Part shown: in pieces, positions 43,749 to 59,175 of the stretch | Numbering within the stretch: the stretch's first letter is position 1 | Layout of the letters: each line of letters starts with the position of its first letter | Assembly: GCA_951406725.2 (NCBI GenBank) | Contig: OX597832.1 | Coordinates: 50,964,001 to 51,028,000 of the forward strand | Direction of reading: 5' to 3' | Source: Octopus vulgaris | Lineage: Eukaryota | Length of the DNA stretch: 64,000 nucleotides | Notes under the pieces: generated by a model | Told to the model about the DNA's origin: nothing | What the model saw: only the letters and a program-made list of their open reading frames with translations | Database searches by the model: none | Made by a program: the position numbers and the translations under genes

Positions 43749-46602
43749 AGGAAGAAACTTCACTAACATGTAAGCAATGATACAATTGCGTCGTCAGGAT
43801 TTACTATTTGATCAATGCTGGTTGCTTACCTTCTCAACACTTTTAACTCCCATCAGCCAAAACTACATCCTGTGATTCTTAGTCGAAAAATTCCATAAAC
43901 ATTCATTTATTGGCTTTCCAGCTGAATTCAGAGTTCACTGAGGTTTTAATTATATACAATAGTGATAAATCAACTCTTTTATAAAGGGGACGAAATCTTA
44001 GAATCTTCACTTTTATCCAATTCCGAGCAAACCATAATATGTGTGTGTGGGGACATCTGATATATATATATATATATATATCTTACGTTTCAATATAGGG
44101 TTATATTTGCTCTCCCATAACTTGATTTAAATAACTATTTCAATAAACAAACACACACACTCTATAGCATCGTCATATAATTATGTATGTGTGACATTTA
44201 TGTAGCATGCATGTATGTATGCTTGTGTGTGTGTGTATGTGTGTGTGTGTGTGTGTGACATAATACAACAAAATGTAATAAAGATAATATCACACTGGTT
44301 ATTGCATTAACATCATTCTGATATATTTTTTTATATCAAATCCTTCTATTATAACTTTCTTGCTCTCCCACTTTCACTTCGCTTCCCTCTTTCCCGACCT
44401 TTCTTTCTCCCTCCTCCTTTCCATCTACATATTATCAACAGGTAATTATTTTCTGTATTGTATTCCTTATTAATATAAACAGATTATTACCTCAACATAA
44501 CTAAGATTTCATCAAATGGCTCTTAATTAAGCATCAGACATTATAATGCTCTGATTAAAGTCACAACATGTTTATAGAACCAGAGGACAAGGGTTATTGC
44601 CTCAAGACTTTGACAGATCCTCCAGGACTGGTAAAATTGAGGCTGTTGATGTGCAGCATGGCTCTCTATAAGTCAATGGTTATAAAGTATGTAAAACATG
44701 GATAGCAGGGAGATAATTCTAAGGATGGGAGCCACAATACTGGGAGAAGAAGGATTACAGATAATGCTTTGTGAGGGAAAAGGCTCTAAAGCTTAGACAC
44801 AATAGAAGTGATGGAACAAATAAGACTTGGGTGAATAGGGCATACAGATCAAGTTCAGAAGAGAAGAGATCATTCTAGAAAAGATAGAAGGGCTAGTATA
44901 TCTATGAAGTATTGGTTGAAGCCTGTTGATGACTGAATTGTTTTCAAATCAGCCAAATGGCTGTTTTCAGATTTACTTTTAGATATTGTTACATGAAATA
45001 GTAGCAGCATTCTATAGATGTGAGAAGTATTCTAATGTGAGTATTGAGCTTATGATGTAGAGAAGCTAAGGATTCTCCTTTGGCCAACTTCATGTTCACA
45101 GAATGTCAAATGAGGCATTTAAATGCTGTGGTATTTAAAATCAAACAGAAGCAACAAGATTACAGTTCCTTGTTTTGGTAGTCATCAAAGCTAGTAGGGC
45201 AAGTAGATTGGCAGAATCATAATAATATTGGACAAAATGTCTTGAAGAATTTAGTTATGGTTCTATTATTTTCTGTGTTCAAATCACACAGAGTTTCAAC
45301 TTTGCCTTCCATGGTTCCTTGAGGGGTTTGTAAAACAGGTAACAATTGAGTTCTAGGACTTATATAATTGACTGTTAATTCCTCCTTCATAACCCCAAAA
45401 ATTCAATATGGCTGATAACTTTTTAATGGGTCATGGATAATGGATAGTATTGGCAGTGGTCAGACCTGCAGATAGATGGGCTCTTTCAGGTCCATAAAAA
45501 GTACTCAAGGCACACCTTGTGTCACAACAGAGCCCCTACAATTCTTCTGGTTTGCCAGCCCCTGTCAAACCATCCAACCCATGCCAGCATGGAAAGCAGA
45601 TGTTAGATTACGATGATGTGTGTATGTATTATGTATGTATGTGTCTAGTTTGTTTTTATTTTTAAATTTTTCACCATTATTGAAAGAGCCAGAAACAAGC
45701 CTCTTTCACTGGAAACTGAACAACATTAACCAAATTGTCACATATGTATTTACATATTTATGACTTATGAATGCATGTATGTGCATGTGGGAATGCATGC
45801 ACTTGTGTATGTATGCATTTATGTATGTATGTATGTATGTATGTATGTATGTGTGTGTGTGTGTATGTATGTATGTATGCTTTTATGTATGTATGTATGT
45901 ATGTATGCATTTATGTATGTATTTGTACGTGTGTATGTATGTATGTATGTATGTATGCGTATGTGTGTATGTATGCCTGTGTACGTATGCATTTATGTAT
46001 GTATGTATGCGTATGTATGTATGCATTTATGTATATATGTATGTATGTATGAATGTATGTATGTATGCATATGTATGTATGCATTTATGTATGTGTGTGT
46101 GTATATGTATGTATGCATGCATATGTATGTATGCATTTATGTATGTATGTGTGTGTGTATGTATGTATGTTTGCATATGTATGTATGCATTTATGTATGT
46201 ATGTATGTATGCGTATGTATGTTTGTATGTATGTATGTATGAATGTATGACTCAATGTCGAATGACTAAAATTTAGTGCACACAAATGAGTGGAGTAAAC
46301 CAAAGTTAGATCAATGTTATACATTCAGCCTTTATAACACTGCAACCAGGAATTACTTAAGAGAACTTTAATGTACTAATTTTCTGAAGTTAGAGAATGA
46401 GAGAGGAAATTTTTCTTTGCAATGATTAATGATCTGTTGTTAAGCAAGCAATGAAATGCTAACTCTATGTTTTACTAAATTCATTTGCTAATGCATTATT
46501 GTGTATATCCCTAATTGGTTGCAACAGAAATATATCAATTTCATAATATTTCTTACTTGAAAACAGATATTATTTACATTATTTACATTGTTTACATTCA
46601 AC

Positions 46603-46709
46603 GGATATTTGGTCCTCATCTTGTTAGGATATTTGTCCTCATCTTGTTTGGATATTTGTCCTCATCTTGTTTGGATATTTGACCTCATCTTGTATGGTTA
46701 TTTGTCCTC
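46603..46709. repeat. 23-bp tandem repeat (~4.6 units)
   Basis: GGATATTTGTCCTCATCTTGTTT-like units at 46603, 46627, 46650, 46673 and 46696. Confidence 0.85.
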
Positions 46710-47378
46710 CAGAGGCGGCTGAAGAAGGGGAATTTTCCTTGTGTTGTATGTCTTGTACTATATTTTTTCGTTGTTTAAGAAAAATGTCCATTTCCTTGGT
46801 TTTGTGTTTATGTTTTCATTTCTCATTGAGTTCGACGTTGTTTTTGGTGTCCTGTACCCATATATGCATGTATATATACTTATAGATGTAGGTACGTACA
46901 TATATGTATGTATATATGCATATGTTTTATTTATTAATTTGTTACTATATATATATATATATATAATGTGAATGAGTGTATGCAAATGTATGAATATATC
47001 TACATATGTATGTATGCATGATAAAAGAATTGAGAAATTCCAATTATTGTATCGTTAGAAGTGTTTGTATTTATTTCTGTTTTTACTTCTTTCATAAATT
47101 GAAGAAAATTTATGGATATTTAAGTAAAAAGGTAATACTTAGCAAGTTTGTAAAGCAAATAGTTAAGTTTCCGGCATAGGATTTTTTTTCCTTAGAGCTA
47201 ATCTTAACAATATTGGCAAATGCTTAATTTATAAATATACATATTGTTTCTAAACTTATCATGTGGACATGTAAAAAGATTTCAAGCACTGTTTAGTACT
47301 TTCAAACAGAACCAAACTAAAGAATATTATAAAATAGTTCATTGACATCTGTTTATTAAAGATAGGGTATGAAATTAA

Positions 47379-47508
47379 CCTTTAGCACACGATAGGTGCA
47401 TCATGTCACCATACAAGGTTTTTTCTCCTCTCAATGTAGCAAAATGCTCCTGCAGCTACAAGGGAGAAAACTCATATGGTGACATGGTGTGCCTAAGTGT
47501 GCTAAAGG
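47379..47508. mobile_element. piggyBac-like foldback MITE
   Basis: TTAA on both sides; CCTTTAGCACAC / GTGTGCTAAAGG termini; arms complementary over most of the length. Confidence 0.78.
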
Positions 47509-48244
47509 TTAATTTCAGCTAAAGAATGATGCTTCTCCTTTAATCACCTTTGATGACTGTAGTCTTATCCAAGAAAACACAGTCAACAGACAGGTAAAGG
47601 TTTGATGACCATTGGATGTTTTGACCCTGAACTGTATCCCCCTGCCATAAGTGGGTCTGCAGTTGTGGCTAAATCACTGCTCATCATTTCCTCCTGACTT
47701 CCAGCTTAACTCCTCTCTCTTCTGTCTTGTTTCTTAACCAACAAGAGGCTCTGTCTGCCATATAGTATATCTAACTGTGCATAGAAATATATAATTTAGG
47801 TAAATACTTATTTGTACACAAAGATTTATATGGAGATATTTGTAAAATTTTGTGGTGATATTTGTGGAATTTAGTGGTTAGCAAAATCTGAGGTTCCATG
47901 GTGCCAAGTCTGCAACTTAGTTTTTATGATTTGTTTTCTGGCTATTATTATTTTCCCATTTCTTCATCACTAATGCCATGGGAAAGGCATAAACATCACA
48001 ACTTTAATCTTTACCCTCTAAAAGCTTGCTATTCAGCTGCTAACAAATAACTTTCTTTATAAAATATCGTATTATAGATTTTCATTGTCACACATTACAC
48101 TTGATAAGTAAAATATTGATTGATTGATTGGTTGGTTGTTCGATTGATTGATGTAGCTATATGTGAATACATTTTCAGTCATGATCTGTAGATCTTTGCT
48201 TGCAATATTATATTTAAAGAGTATGAAAGTAAAAGATGTATGTA

Positions 48245-48756
48245 CCGTAAATCCTCGAGTATAATCCGCATTTTTTTCCAAAAATTTAAAGGTTAAAATC
48301 CCTAGTGCATACTATATACGAGGTTAAAAATGAAAATTATTTTCTAAGCAATGTCCGAGTCTCTATTTGCTGTCCGGCAATGTTTATTCAGACGCATTTT
48401 GTGATGTCGGGCATGAAAATACCTTAAGCTAAGCCAGAAAGCAATGAAGTCATAAAAGAATCATTCATAACTTGCAGTAAGCAACATTTATTAAACGTTA
48501 TTACTGTTATTTCTTTATTTTCTGCAAACAAAATGCACAAAAAAGCTACACATTTGCATTATGTTATATATACAATAATAATAAAGGACATTACCGTATA
48601 CATTTTTACAAACCAAGGACGTTATATAGACCTCCTTGACTGAAGTTAGAGAAGGGGTGAATATTATACACAAGGTTTAGGATTTTCAGAGGTACAGCCC
48701 CCTAAAAATCCCCTGCATATTATACTCAAGGGCAGACTATACTCGAGGATTTACGG
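48245..48756 (+). mobile_element. pogo/Tc2-like MITE, complete
   Basis: TA TSD; TIR CCGTAAATCCTCGAGTATA / TATACTCGAGGATTTACGG. Confidence 0.85.
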
Positions 48757-51184
48757 TAAATAAAAATAGGACAATTTTCAACAATCCATCATTAATAACC
48801 TCCTATTAAAAACACACACACACACACACACAGATGCTTCATGTCTATCATAAACCAAAATGTTATGGATCTTATAAAAAGCTCAGCTGATGTATTACTT
48901 AAAATAAATCACTATGAGATTCTTTATAGTGTTCTCTATGAAAATGTCTAAAATGCATTATCTTTTAGAAAAATTATTTTTATGTCAGAGATCCACAAAC
49001 AGCCAGAGACCCAAAGGTTTCCTCAGGGGATGCAATGTGTGTCTAAAGAGCTTATTAAAAAAATAGTTCATTGAAAGAACACACATTTAACAGAAAATGA
49101 TGTTTTAAAGCTTCTCATTTTTAGATACACCATATTACAATGTTTGATTGTATATGATTTATCAAATAAATACTGGTGATTCTATTCATATATCACCATT
49201 CATACTGCTTGACAATATAAAATATTGGTGAATATTTAGGAATATTTAAGTATCATTAAGATAGTTTAGCATTCATGAGTGTCGGAGTTTTAGTTACTAA
49301 AAGTTCTGTGAAATTTACGCAAAATAATTTTGAAAAGTGGGAGAATCCACAACAATAGCAAAACGGTGTTCCCTTCCAAGACCTTGCAGAACACCAATGT
49401 ATGTAATCTACTATAGGGACGATCTACATGTTGTAGTGTGGATTTTCATGTATTTTACAAATAAAAGATATATAGTCTTCCTTTTTAGAAGTATTTCATA
49501 AATCAACACTTATAACAAGGAACTATAGAAATATAATTTATTTGATTTTTGCCTGTCCTGTGAAGCTCATATAAAACAAAGAAACATGTCCCTGTATATC
49601 ACATGAGATACAAAGAAACATGTTTCTTTAGTGTCCATACATCATAAATGATATGCATTCCTGATTTTTTTTTTTAAATTTTTTTTTTTTATCAATTATG
49701 AGAGTATCTTGAGACTTGTGAAAGGAAAGCTTTATTATTACTCAGAACATATGAAACGAGGGCTAATTAAAAGTCTAAAAAACAAATGTGGACGTTTAGG
49801 ACAAACTTATGAAAATGCTTTGGGACTGGCAAAGGTTTTAAATAGGTTAACTGGAACTAAAGGCAAATAATTCAACAAATTTTCTCTTGATATTGTAAGG
49901 TTGCCTGGGGGCAGCAAGCTGGCAGAATCCTCAGTGTGCCAGGAAAAATGCTTAGCAGCATTTCGTCCATCTGTACATTCTGTGTTCAAATTCTGCCAGT
50001 GTTGGCTTTGCCTCTCATCCTTTTGGTGGGGTCAATAAAATAAGTACCAGTTGAGCACTGGGGTCAATATAATCGACTAGTCCCCACCCCAACAAAAAAA
50101 AAATTCAGGCTTTGTGCCTGTAGTAGAAAGGATATTATATGATTGTCTAAGGCGGTGAACTGGCAGAATCATTAGCACACTGGGCAAAATGCTTAACAGC
50201 ATATTATCTGTCTTAACGTTCTGAGTTCAAATTCCGCCAACGTCGACTTTGCCTTTCATCCTTTTCGGAGTTGATAAAACAAATACAACATGAAAACTGG
50301 GGTCGATGTAATCGTCTTAGCCCCTTCCCTGAAATTACTGACCTTTTACTAAAATATGAACCTGATTTTACAAGATTGTCTTACAGAGATTCTAAGCTAA
50401 AAGTAAAAAAAAAACGGAAACTGAAAGAAGCCCGTCGTATATATGTATATATATGCGTGTGTGCGTTTGTGTGTCTGTGTTTGTCCCCCTAGCATTGCTT
50501 GACAACCGATGCTGGTGTGTTCATGACCCCGTTACTTAGCGGTTCGGCAAAAGAGACCGATAGAATAAGTACTAGGCTTACAAAAAAGAATAAGTCCCGG
50601 GGTCGAGTTGCTCGATTAAAGGCGGTGCTCCAGCATGGCCACAGTCAAATGACTGAAACAAGTAAAAGAGTAAAGAGTTATAGCTTATATGTTAGTGATA
50701 CATAAGAATAAAAGCAACTTGAGTTTAAATACTTGCCATTATCATAAAACAAAATAAAAAGCAACTGCCGTGATTTTTACTTTGCTCATTAGATTTTATG
50801 TTTTAATGAATTGTTTATTTTTTTTTTTCCTTCTCCTAATTGAAGTCAAAGCACAAATGGTATTTTGGTCAAAAATTATAAACAGAAAAAAAAAAAAAAA
50901 AACCCACAAAACATACAAAATATCATTATTTATGATAAATATTGTCTGTGTATATATCCCATAATGTATACCATCATCATACAAAAGAGTGTATCATATA
51001 TGTATTCATATATATATATATATATATAAAAACTATATAGATTAGCCACAAACATATATATATACACAGAAATATAAATACATACATACATATATATATG
51101 TGTGTATGTGCGCGTGTGTATGTGTGTATTAAATATAAATTTACACACATACACACACACATATATATATATTATATAAATATA

Positions 51185-51238
<54 letters not shown>

Positions 51239-51388
51239 GTATATATGTATATATGTATATATATATATATGTATATATATATGTATATATATATATGTAT
51301 ATATATATATGTATATATAGAAATTCGGGGTGAGTACTTGATAATTGTAAGCACCTGTGTATACCGTTTGGTGGTGTAGGTGGTGGAG

Positions 51389-51974
<586 letters not shown>

Positions 51975-52225
51975 GTATATAATTCCCCGCATACCACTAT
52001 ATATTGTATTTGTAAATAAGAGTTATAAAAAGAACTAAAACTTTACAGATTTATCTCCCTTTCCCTTTGCACTGTGGTCTGATCATTGATAGTGTTTTCT
52101 TTTGTTTTATTTATTGATTTTTTTTTTTTTAAACTTGACATAAACATTCTCCCTTGAATTTCAGACAGGACCAAATAAAATGCTTAACTCTGAAGCCAAT
52201 ACAAATACTGCTAGAGAGAGAGAGA

Positions 52226-52271
<46 letters not shown>

Positions 52272-52832
52272 CGGAGAGAGAGAGTGAGAGATAGACAGAC
52301 AGACGGACAGACAGACAGACAGATGGACAGAGAGAAAATATCATATATGTATATATGTATAGGTGGATGAATATGTTAGTTTGTACATGAGCATACATGC
52401 AAATCTGAATAATTATGTATACATAGATGGATAGATTTTGGATGGATTGATGGATCGGTGGTTGGATGGATGGATGAATGGGTGGGTAAATGGATGAATG
52501 GGTGGAAGGATGGATGGATCAGTGGATGAATGGATGGATGGATGTGTTGATGAATGGGTGAATGGATGGATGTATGGATGGACGAATGGGTAGATGGATG
52601 GATGAATGGGTGGATGGATGGAGGGAGGGATGTGTGAATGGATTGGTGGATGGATGGATCGGTGGGTGTATGAATGGCTCAGTAGGTGGATGGCTGGATG
52701 GCTGGATGTGTTTGTATCTAAGCGTGAATGTATAAATGCATGTCGGTATGTGTGAATGTATGCATGTGTGTATGTGTGTGTGCATGGGTGTGTGTATGGG
52801 TGTGTGCATGTGTGTCTGTGTCTATGTCTGTA

Positions 52833-52869
<37 letters not shown>

Positions 52870-53235
52870 TGTATATGCTTGTATGAAAGAATCTACATGT
52901 ATATGTGTGTGTGTGTGTGCGTGTATAACAAGTCTTTCTGTTAAGACAACCTTTTCCCTGCAAATTCCACACTTCTGTAACGCACAATTAATTCAGTCAT
53001 TATTGATTCAAAGATTTTGAATTTCAATACCTGCCCCGCCTCTTGAACCCACATTATTTACGGTTGAAGCCAAAAGCAGTTCCTTCCACAACATCAACAA
53101 CAACAACAACAAAAACAACAACAACAAAAAAAAACCTTGGCTGTAGACAGACGCGTTTGAATTATGTACTTTATATAGGACAGAACAAATATTTTCAAAC
53201 TGGTATATATACATATATGCATGTGTATGTAACTC

Positions 53236-53276
<41 letters not shown>

Positions 53277-53321
53277 AACACATACAGGAAAACAGAGGAG
53301 TCAATGATTGATATTGAATGT

Positions 53322-54231
53322 AAGGTGGCAAGCTGGCAGAAACGTTAGCACGCTGGGTGAAATGCTTTGTGGCATTTCGTCTGTCTTTACGTCCTGAGTT
53401 CAAATTCTGCCGAGGTCAACTTTGCCTTTCATCCTTTCAGGGTTGATAAATTAAGTACCAGTTGCATACTGGTGTCGATCTAATCGACTGGCTCCACCTC
53501 ACCAAAAATCTTGGGCCTTGTGCCTAGAGTAAAAAAGAATATTCTTTTAAAGGGTCGCAAACTGGCAGAAATGTCAGCATGCCAGGCGAAATGCTTAGTG
53601 GCATTTCATATGTCTTTACATTCTGAGTTCAAATTCTGCCAAGGTCAACTTTGCCTTTCATCCTTTCAGGGGTTGATAAATTAAGTACCAGTTGCATACT
53701 GGTGTCGATCTAATCGACTGGCTCCACCTCACCAAAAATCTTGGGCCTTGTGCCTAGAGTAAAAAAGAATATTCTTTTAAAGGGTCGCAAACTGGCAGAA
53801 ATGTCAGCATGCCAGGCGAAATGCTTAGTGGCATTTCATATGTCTTTACATTCTGAGTTCAAATTCTGCCAAGGTCAACTTTGCCTTTCATCCTTTCAGG
53901 GGTTGATAAATTAAGTACCAGTTGCATACTGGTGTCGATCTAATCGACTGGCTCCACCTCACCAAAAATCTTGGGCCTTGTGCCTAGAGTAAAAAGAATA
54001 TTCTTTTAAAGGGTCGCAAACTGGCAGAAATGTCAGCATGCCAGGCGAAATGCTTAGTGGCATTTCATATGTCTTTACATTCTGAGTTCAAATTCTGCCA
54101 AGGTCAACTTTGCCTTTCATCCTTTCAGGCGTTGATAAATTAAGTACCAGTTGTGTGCTGGAGTCGATCTAATCGACTGGCCTCCCCTCCCGAAAAACTT
54201 TGGGCCTTGTGTGTAGAGTAGAAAAGAATAA
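53322..54231 (+). repeat. Tandem array of four family B SINE units (~230-bp period)
   Basis: Units start at ~53322, 53551, 53781 and 54010. Confidence 0.9.
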
Positions 54232-54545
54232 TTTATACCGAGTGTTTATTGAAGAAAACAAAGAACGCATGCATATAAACATCACACACATGATTATATG
54301 TGTGTGTGTGTGTGTGTGTGTGTTTTTGTATCTCTTTTACCATCTGTCATTAAATATATGCATATACATACATGCATATAAATATTTACACACACACACA
54401 CACACATACATATACATGTGTTATATACATAATACACATATATATATATATACGTAAGTAAAAGAGAGATATAAAGAAGAGAGTGGTGTGTAGGTATCTA
54501 AGTCTATATATTTGTTTATACACATGTATGCAAATGCATACATAC

Positions 54546-54624
<79 letters not shown>

Positions 54625-54723
54625 CATATATATATATATACATATACATATATACATATACATATATATATACATATGTATATACATATATATATATATG
54701 TACATAGACATATATATATGTGC

Positions 54724-54774
<51 letters not shown>

Positions 54775-54859
54775 TATGTATATATACATATGTATGTATG
54801 CAAATGCATATATCTGCCTTCAACATATACATGAACAAACACCAAGATAAGAATCTATT

Positions 54860-54898
<39 letters not shown>

Positions 54899-54911
54899 CG
54901 ATAGATTATAG

Positions 54912-54942
<31 letters not shown>

Positions 54943-56046
54943 CGCATATATATATATATATCTTAATACATCCTATGTGTATAACCATTATATTTCAAAA
55001 TATATTGCAGGACCTATTAATTTGTGAAGGAAAGAATAAAAAGGAATTGCTCTTTGGTACAGTTTAATTAATTAATTAACAAACTAATTGATTTAATTAA
55101 ATTACCGATGATGTAACTATAATGAAGAGGAAAACCGGGCATAAAATATTTTTAAAAAATGGAGAAAAAAAAAATTGAAAAATATAAAAAAAATTTTCAA
55201 AAAACAAGCAAACAAATATTTCAAGATGACACGTTATGCTAAGCACCTATATAACATGAATGATGGTGGTTCTGTGGTAAAAGTGCTATAAATCTGGTAT
55301 GAAAATGGTTTTGAGCTGAATTTTCAGCCAATGCATGTGACTCCCTTGGATGGCTTCTACCTTCATCCTTTCTCATGCAAAACTATTTACTATGAAAAAA
55401 AAATAATAAATAATAATAATAATAATAAAAAATTTTAAAAAAAACAAAAAACAAAACTATGTTCAGAAATCCCAGAATTAAAAAAAGATATTATAATTAA
55501 CTTTTAAGCAAAACCAAAGAAAGATTGGAAAAAAAAAAAAAAAAAAAAAAAAAGCCAACAAAAATTCTGAAATATAAAAAAAAAGAACAAATAAACAAGT
55601 AAAAGAAATACAATGCAACAATAACAACAACAACAACAACAATTGCTTGAATATTGATTATATTTCTTTGTATTTGCTCATTTAAAAACAAACAAAAAAA
55701 AAAATATTCTTCAACCTGCAAATTGTGATGCAGTGAGATAAAAGATGGGTCTGTTTTTTTGTTGTTCTGGTTGTTGTCTTTTTGTCTTTTATCTATTTTT
55801 TTCTTCTTCCACTATTTTTTTAAAAACTTATTTATTTGTCTATTTATTTATTTATGTATTTATTTATTTATTTCCTCGTGTTGCATTTATTAATTGAATT
55901 AAGATGTACAGCCTGAAAGAAAAGAAAATGGAAGAAAAGAAAAGATCTACTGTCATTCACGTCACACAAGGTGAAAGGAAGCAACAACAATAATTCCTTT
56001 ATTATTTTTCCTACAAGAGCTATAAAAAGGCAAGAATATAATACAA

Positions 56047-56452
56047 TAGGCGCAGGAGTGGCTGTGTGGTAAGTAGCTTGTTTACCAACCACATGGTTCC
56101 GGGTTCAGTCCCACTGCATGGCACCTTGGGCAAGTGTCTTCTACTATAGCCTCGGGCCGACCAAAGCCTTGTGAGTGAATTTGGTAGACGGAAACTGAAA
56201 GAATCCCGTCGTATATATGTATATATATGCGTGTGTGTGTTTGTGTGTCTGTGTTTGTCCCCCTAGCATTGCTTGACAACCGATGCTGGTGTGTTTACGT
56301 CCCCGTTACTTAGCAGTTCGGCAAAAGAGACCGATAGAATAAGTACTGGGCTTACAAAACAGAATAAGTCCCAGAGTCGAGTTGCTCGATTAAAGGCGGT
56401 GCTCCAGCATGGCCACAGTCAAATGACTGAAACAAGTAAAAGAGTAAAGAGT
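56047..56452 (+). mobile_element. SINE family A, full length
   Basis: AGGCGCAGGAGTGGCTGTGTGG head through to the AGTAAAAGAGTAAAGAG tail. Confidence 0.87.
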
Positions 56453-56523
56453 AATATAATTCAGAGCAATACAAAAGCATTTAATAATAACAACAGAGAT
56501 CATTTGTCATATACTGGAATGTA

Positions 56524-57035
56524 CCGTAAATCCTCGAGTATAATCCGCATTTTTTCCCCAAAATTTAAAGGTCAAAATCCCTAGTGCGTACTATATACGA
56601 GGTTAAAAATGAAAATTATTTTGTAAGCAATGTCCAAGTCTCTATTTGCTGTCCGGCAATGTTTATTCAGATACATTTTGTGATCTTGGGCGCGAAAATG
56701 CCTTAAGCTAAGCCTGAAAGCAATGAAGTCATCAAAGAATCATCCATAACTTGCAGTTAGCAACATTTATTAAACGTTAATACTGTTATTTCTTTATTTT
56801 CTACAAACAAAATGCACAAAAAAGCTACACGTTTGCATTATGTTATATATACAATAATAATAAAGGACATTACCATATACATTTTTACAAACCAAGGACG
56901 TTATATAGACCTCCTTGACTGAAGTTAGAGAAGGGGTGCATATTATACACAAGGTTTAGGTTTTTCAGAGGTACAGCCACCTAAAAATCCCCTGCTTATC
57001 ATACTCAAGGGCAGACTATACTCAAGGATTTATGG
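56524..57035 (+). mobile_element. pogo/Tc2-like MITE, complete (second copy)
   Basis: TA TSD; collinear with 48245-48756. Confidence 0.85.
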
Positions 57036-57077
57036 TACTCATCTAAGTAGAAGTATAGTTTAGAATGAATACATACG

Positions 57078-57168
57078 CAGGGGTTGGACAAAATAATGGA
57101 AACACCTTAAAATTTCAAACAAATTTATTTCAATATGGGGTAGGACCACCTTTGGCAGTAATTACAGT
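57078..57168 (+). mobile_element. Tc1-like terminal fragment
   Basis: CAGGGGTTGGACAAAATAATGGAAACACC resembles Tc1 TIRs; no partner end found. Confidence 0.55.
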
Positions 57169-57908
57169 TTCATCTTTTCGGGTTCGATAAAAATAAGCAC
57201 CAGTGGAGCAATGAGGTCGTTGTAATCGATTTACCCAGCCCCTAAAATGACTGGCTTTGTGCTAAAATTTGAAACCGATGTTTAAGTCCTACCGAGTTAT
57301 CTTCCTTGCTCAAAAGGCTTCCTCGCATTTTTTTTTTTAACTGGTATATAATTTTCGCAACATAAATACAAATAATCAATGGTGCGATATAATAGACTAA
57401 AACTAGTAGGAATTGAAATAATAAAAGTGTAAAAGAATACAATATAGTTGTTTCCCTTTATCTCTGTTTCCTATTAACAAATTTTCTTTAAGAATTGTTT
57501 TGTGTTACCGTAAAAAAATATTCCATGGCAGACTTTCTTATAAGCTATCCTTACTTCATAGGGAACGAAAATAGCAAAGAATAAGATGATTTTTCCCCCC
57601 TCACTTCTAGTATTCCTCTGTTTCATACAACTAGAATTATCGTTCTGAAAGAATTTTTTTCCTTTATTTATTTGAAAATATTTCAATCTTTTTAAAACAA
57701 TTTTTTTCCAGCTATCTTCTGACACTTTCCCTTCCCAGTGGGTCAGTGATAGCTACTCCGAAATGTGGCTGATTCTCCAAGAATCAATATTTCCTTAGTC
57801 ATTGCACGGTGACCGCCATAAGCTTTAAGCTTATATAAAAATACCATTATTATCATTTAGAGGATTGTAAAATTTGGCGCCATATAAAAAAACCATTCGC
57901 ACCGAAAG

Positions 57909-57999
<91 letters not shown>

Positions 58000-58125
58000 T
58001 ACTTGCATAGCGAGTGACTTGATCTGAGATCATGATCTGGAACGAAAACAATTGCAGCGTGGAAGGTGTTTATAAGCCATTTAAGAAACACACAAAACCG
58101 TTAGATTCACTTCATTTATATTTGA

Positions 58126-58176
58126 TTTGTCAAAATATTTTCGTCGCTTTGAGACCGCGATCTGTTCACTGACAAA
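58126..58176 (-). ncRNA. Minimal hammerhead motif with G3-C8 covariant core (second copy)
   Basis: Reverse complement TTTGTCA-GTGAACA-G-ATCGC GGTCTCAAA GCGAC-GAA-AATATT-T-TGACAAA; unit ~57994-58188 is homologous to 28241-28460. Confidence 0.62.
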
Positions 58177-58225
58177 GCTTCGTGCTGCGTATGTATGTAT
58201 GTGTGTGTGTGTGTGTGTGTGTGTA

Positions 58226-58460
58226 TACAGGTCCTCGTTTAGGATATCGGAGCGGCGCAACATCACGTCCTTGGCAAACCATGTTTGGCACCGCCTAAGA
58301 GAGGAAGGAACCGTATACATAACCATATGGAAGCTCCTTGAGCAACCGGAGCCTTATGTAAGCAGACGTTTTAAGCTTTGTTTGGTAGCGAGGACAAGGA
58401 TCCTTAAAAAAAACCCTGAGTTGAACCTTTTTAAACTCATCATCTTAAGTGTGTCCTCCT
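58226..58460 (+). mobile_element. Second, more decayed Penelope-like GIY-YIG C-terminal fragment
   Basis: YRSSFR..RNITSLANHVW.RLREEG..WKLL..PY..KLCL..IL..LN aligns by eye with the 38347-38772 endonuclease (NSFR..KTSLAKYIWELKE..WRIL..PY..ELCL..IL..LN). Confidence 0.65.
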
Positions 58461-58792
58461 AGAAGCTTGGAACATACCAGGTGTTGGATAAAACAACTAC
58501 ATCATCTTCTTAGAACCACACCACAGACGGAACCAGAATGTTGAAGAAATCAACAATAGTAGCATTTTAGAACATCACCACAGCCGAAGCCGTTCCTGCA
58601 AGCTTCGAACTCCACAGATGTCGAATAAAGCAGCAACAACAGCATCTTAGAACACCACCGCAGTCGGATCCGAGATGTTGGGTTTTTAACATATAACACA
58701 CGTAGCTTAGAATATAATCACAAGCGAAGATGATGTAGGGGAGATAACCCCGTACCTCCTATGGCAACCAAGCTCGAATATATAGTTTATAG

Positions 58793-59175
58793 GTGGAGGC
58801 GCAATGGCCCAGTGGTTAGGGCAGCGGACTCGCGGTCGTAGGATCCCGGTTTCGATTCCCAGACCGGGCGTTGTGAGTGTTTATTGAGCAAAAACACCTA
58901 AAAGCTCCACGAGGCTCCGGCAGGGATGGTGGTGATCCCTGCTGTACTCTTTCACCACAACTTTCTCTCACTCTTACTTCCTGTTTCTGTTGTACCTGTA
59001 TTTCAAAAGGCCGGCCTTGTCACTCTCTGTGTCACGCTGAATATCCCCAAGAACTACGTTAAGGGTACTCGTGCCTGTGGAGTGCTCAGCCACTTACACG
59101 TTAATTTCACGAGCAGGCTGTTCCGTTGATCGGATCAACAGGAACCCTCGTCGTCGTAACCGACGGAGTGCTTCC
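58793..59175 (+). mobile_element. SINE family C, full length
   Basis: A/B boxes present; TSD ATAGTTTATAGGT at 58782-94 and 59176-88. Confidence 0.88.

Noticed and set aside
46603-46709. CRISPR-like array; the adjacent CTGAAGAAGGGG as a hammerhead half
   Set aside because: The repeats are contiguous with no spacers, in a eukaryote; no matching stem II/GAAA half was found.
58793-58870. tRNA gene
   Set aside because: A/B boxes are present but there is no complete cloverleaf, and it continues into a SINE body with a TSD.
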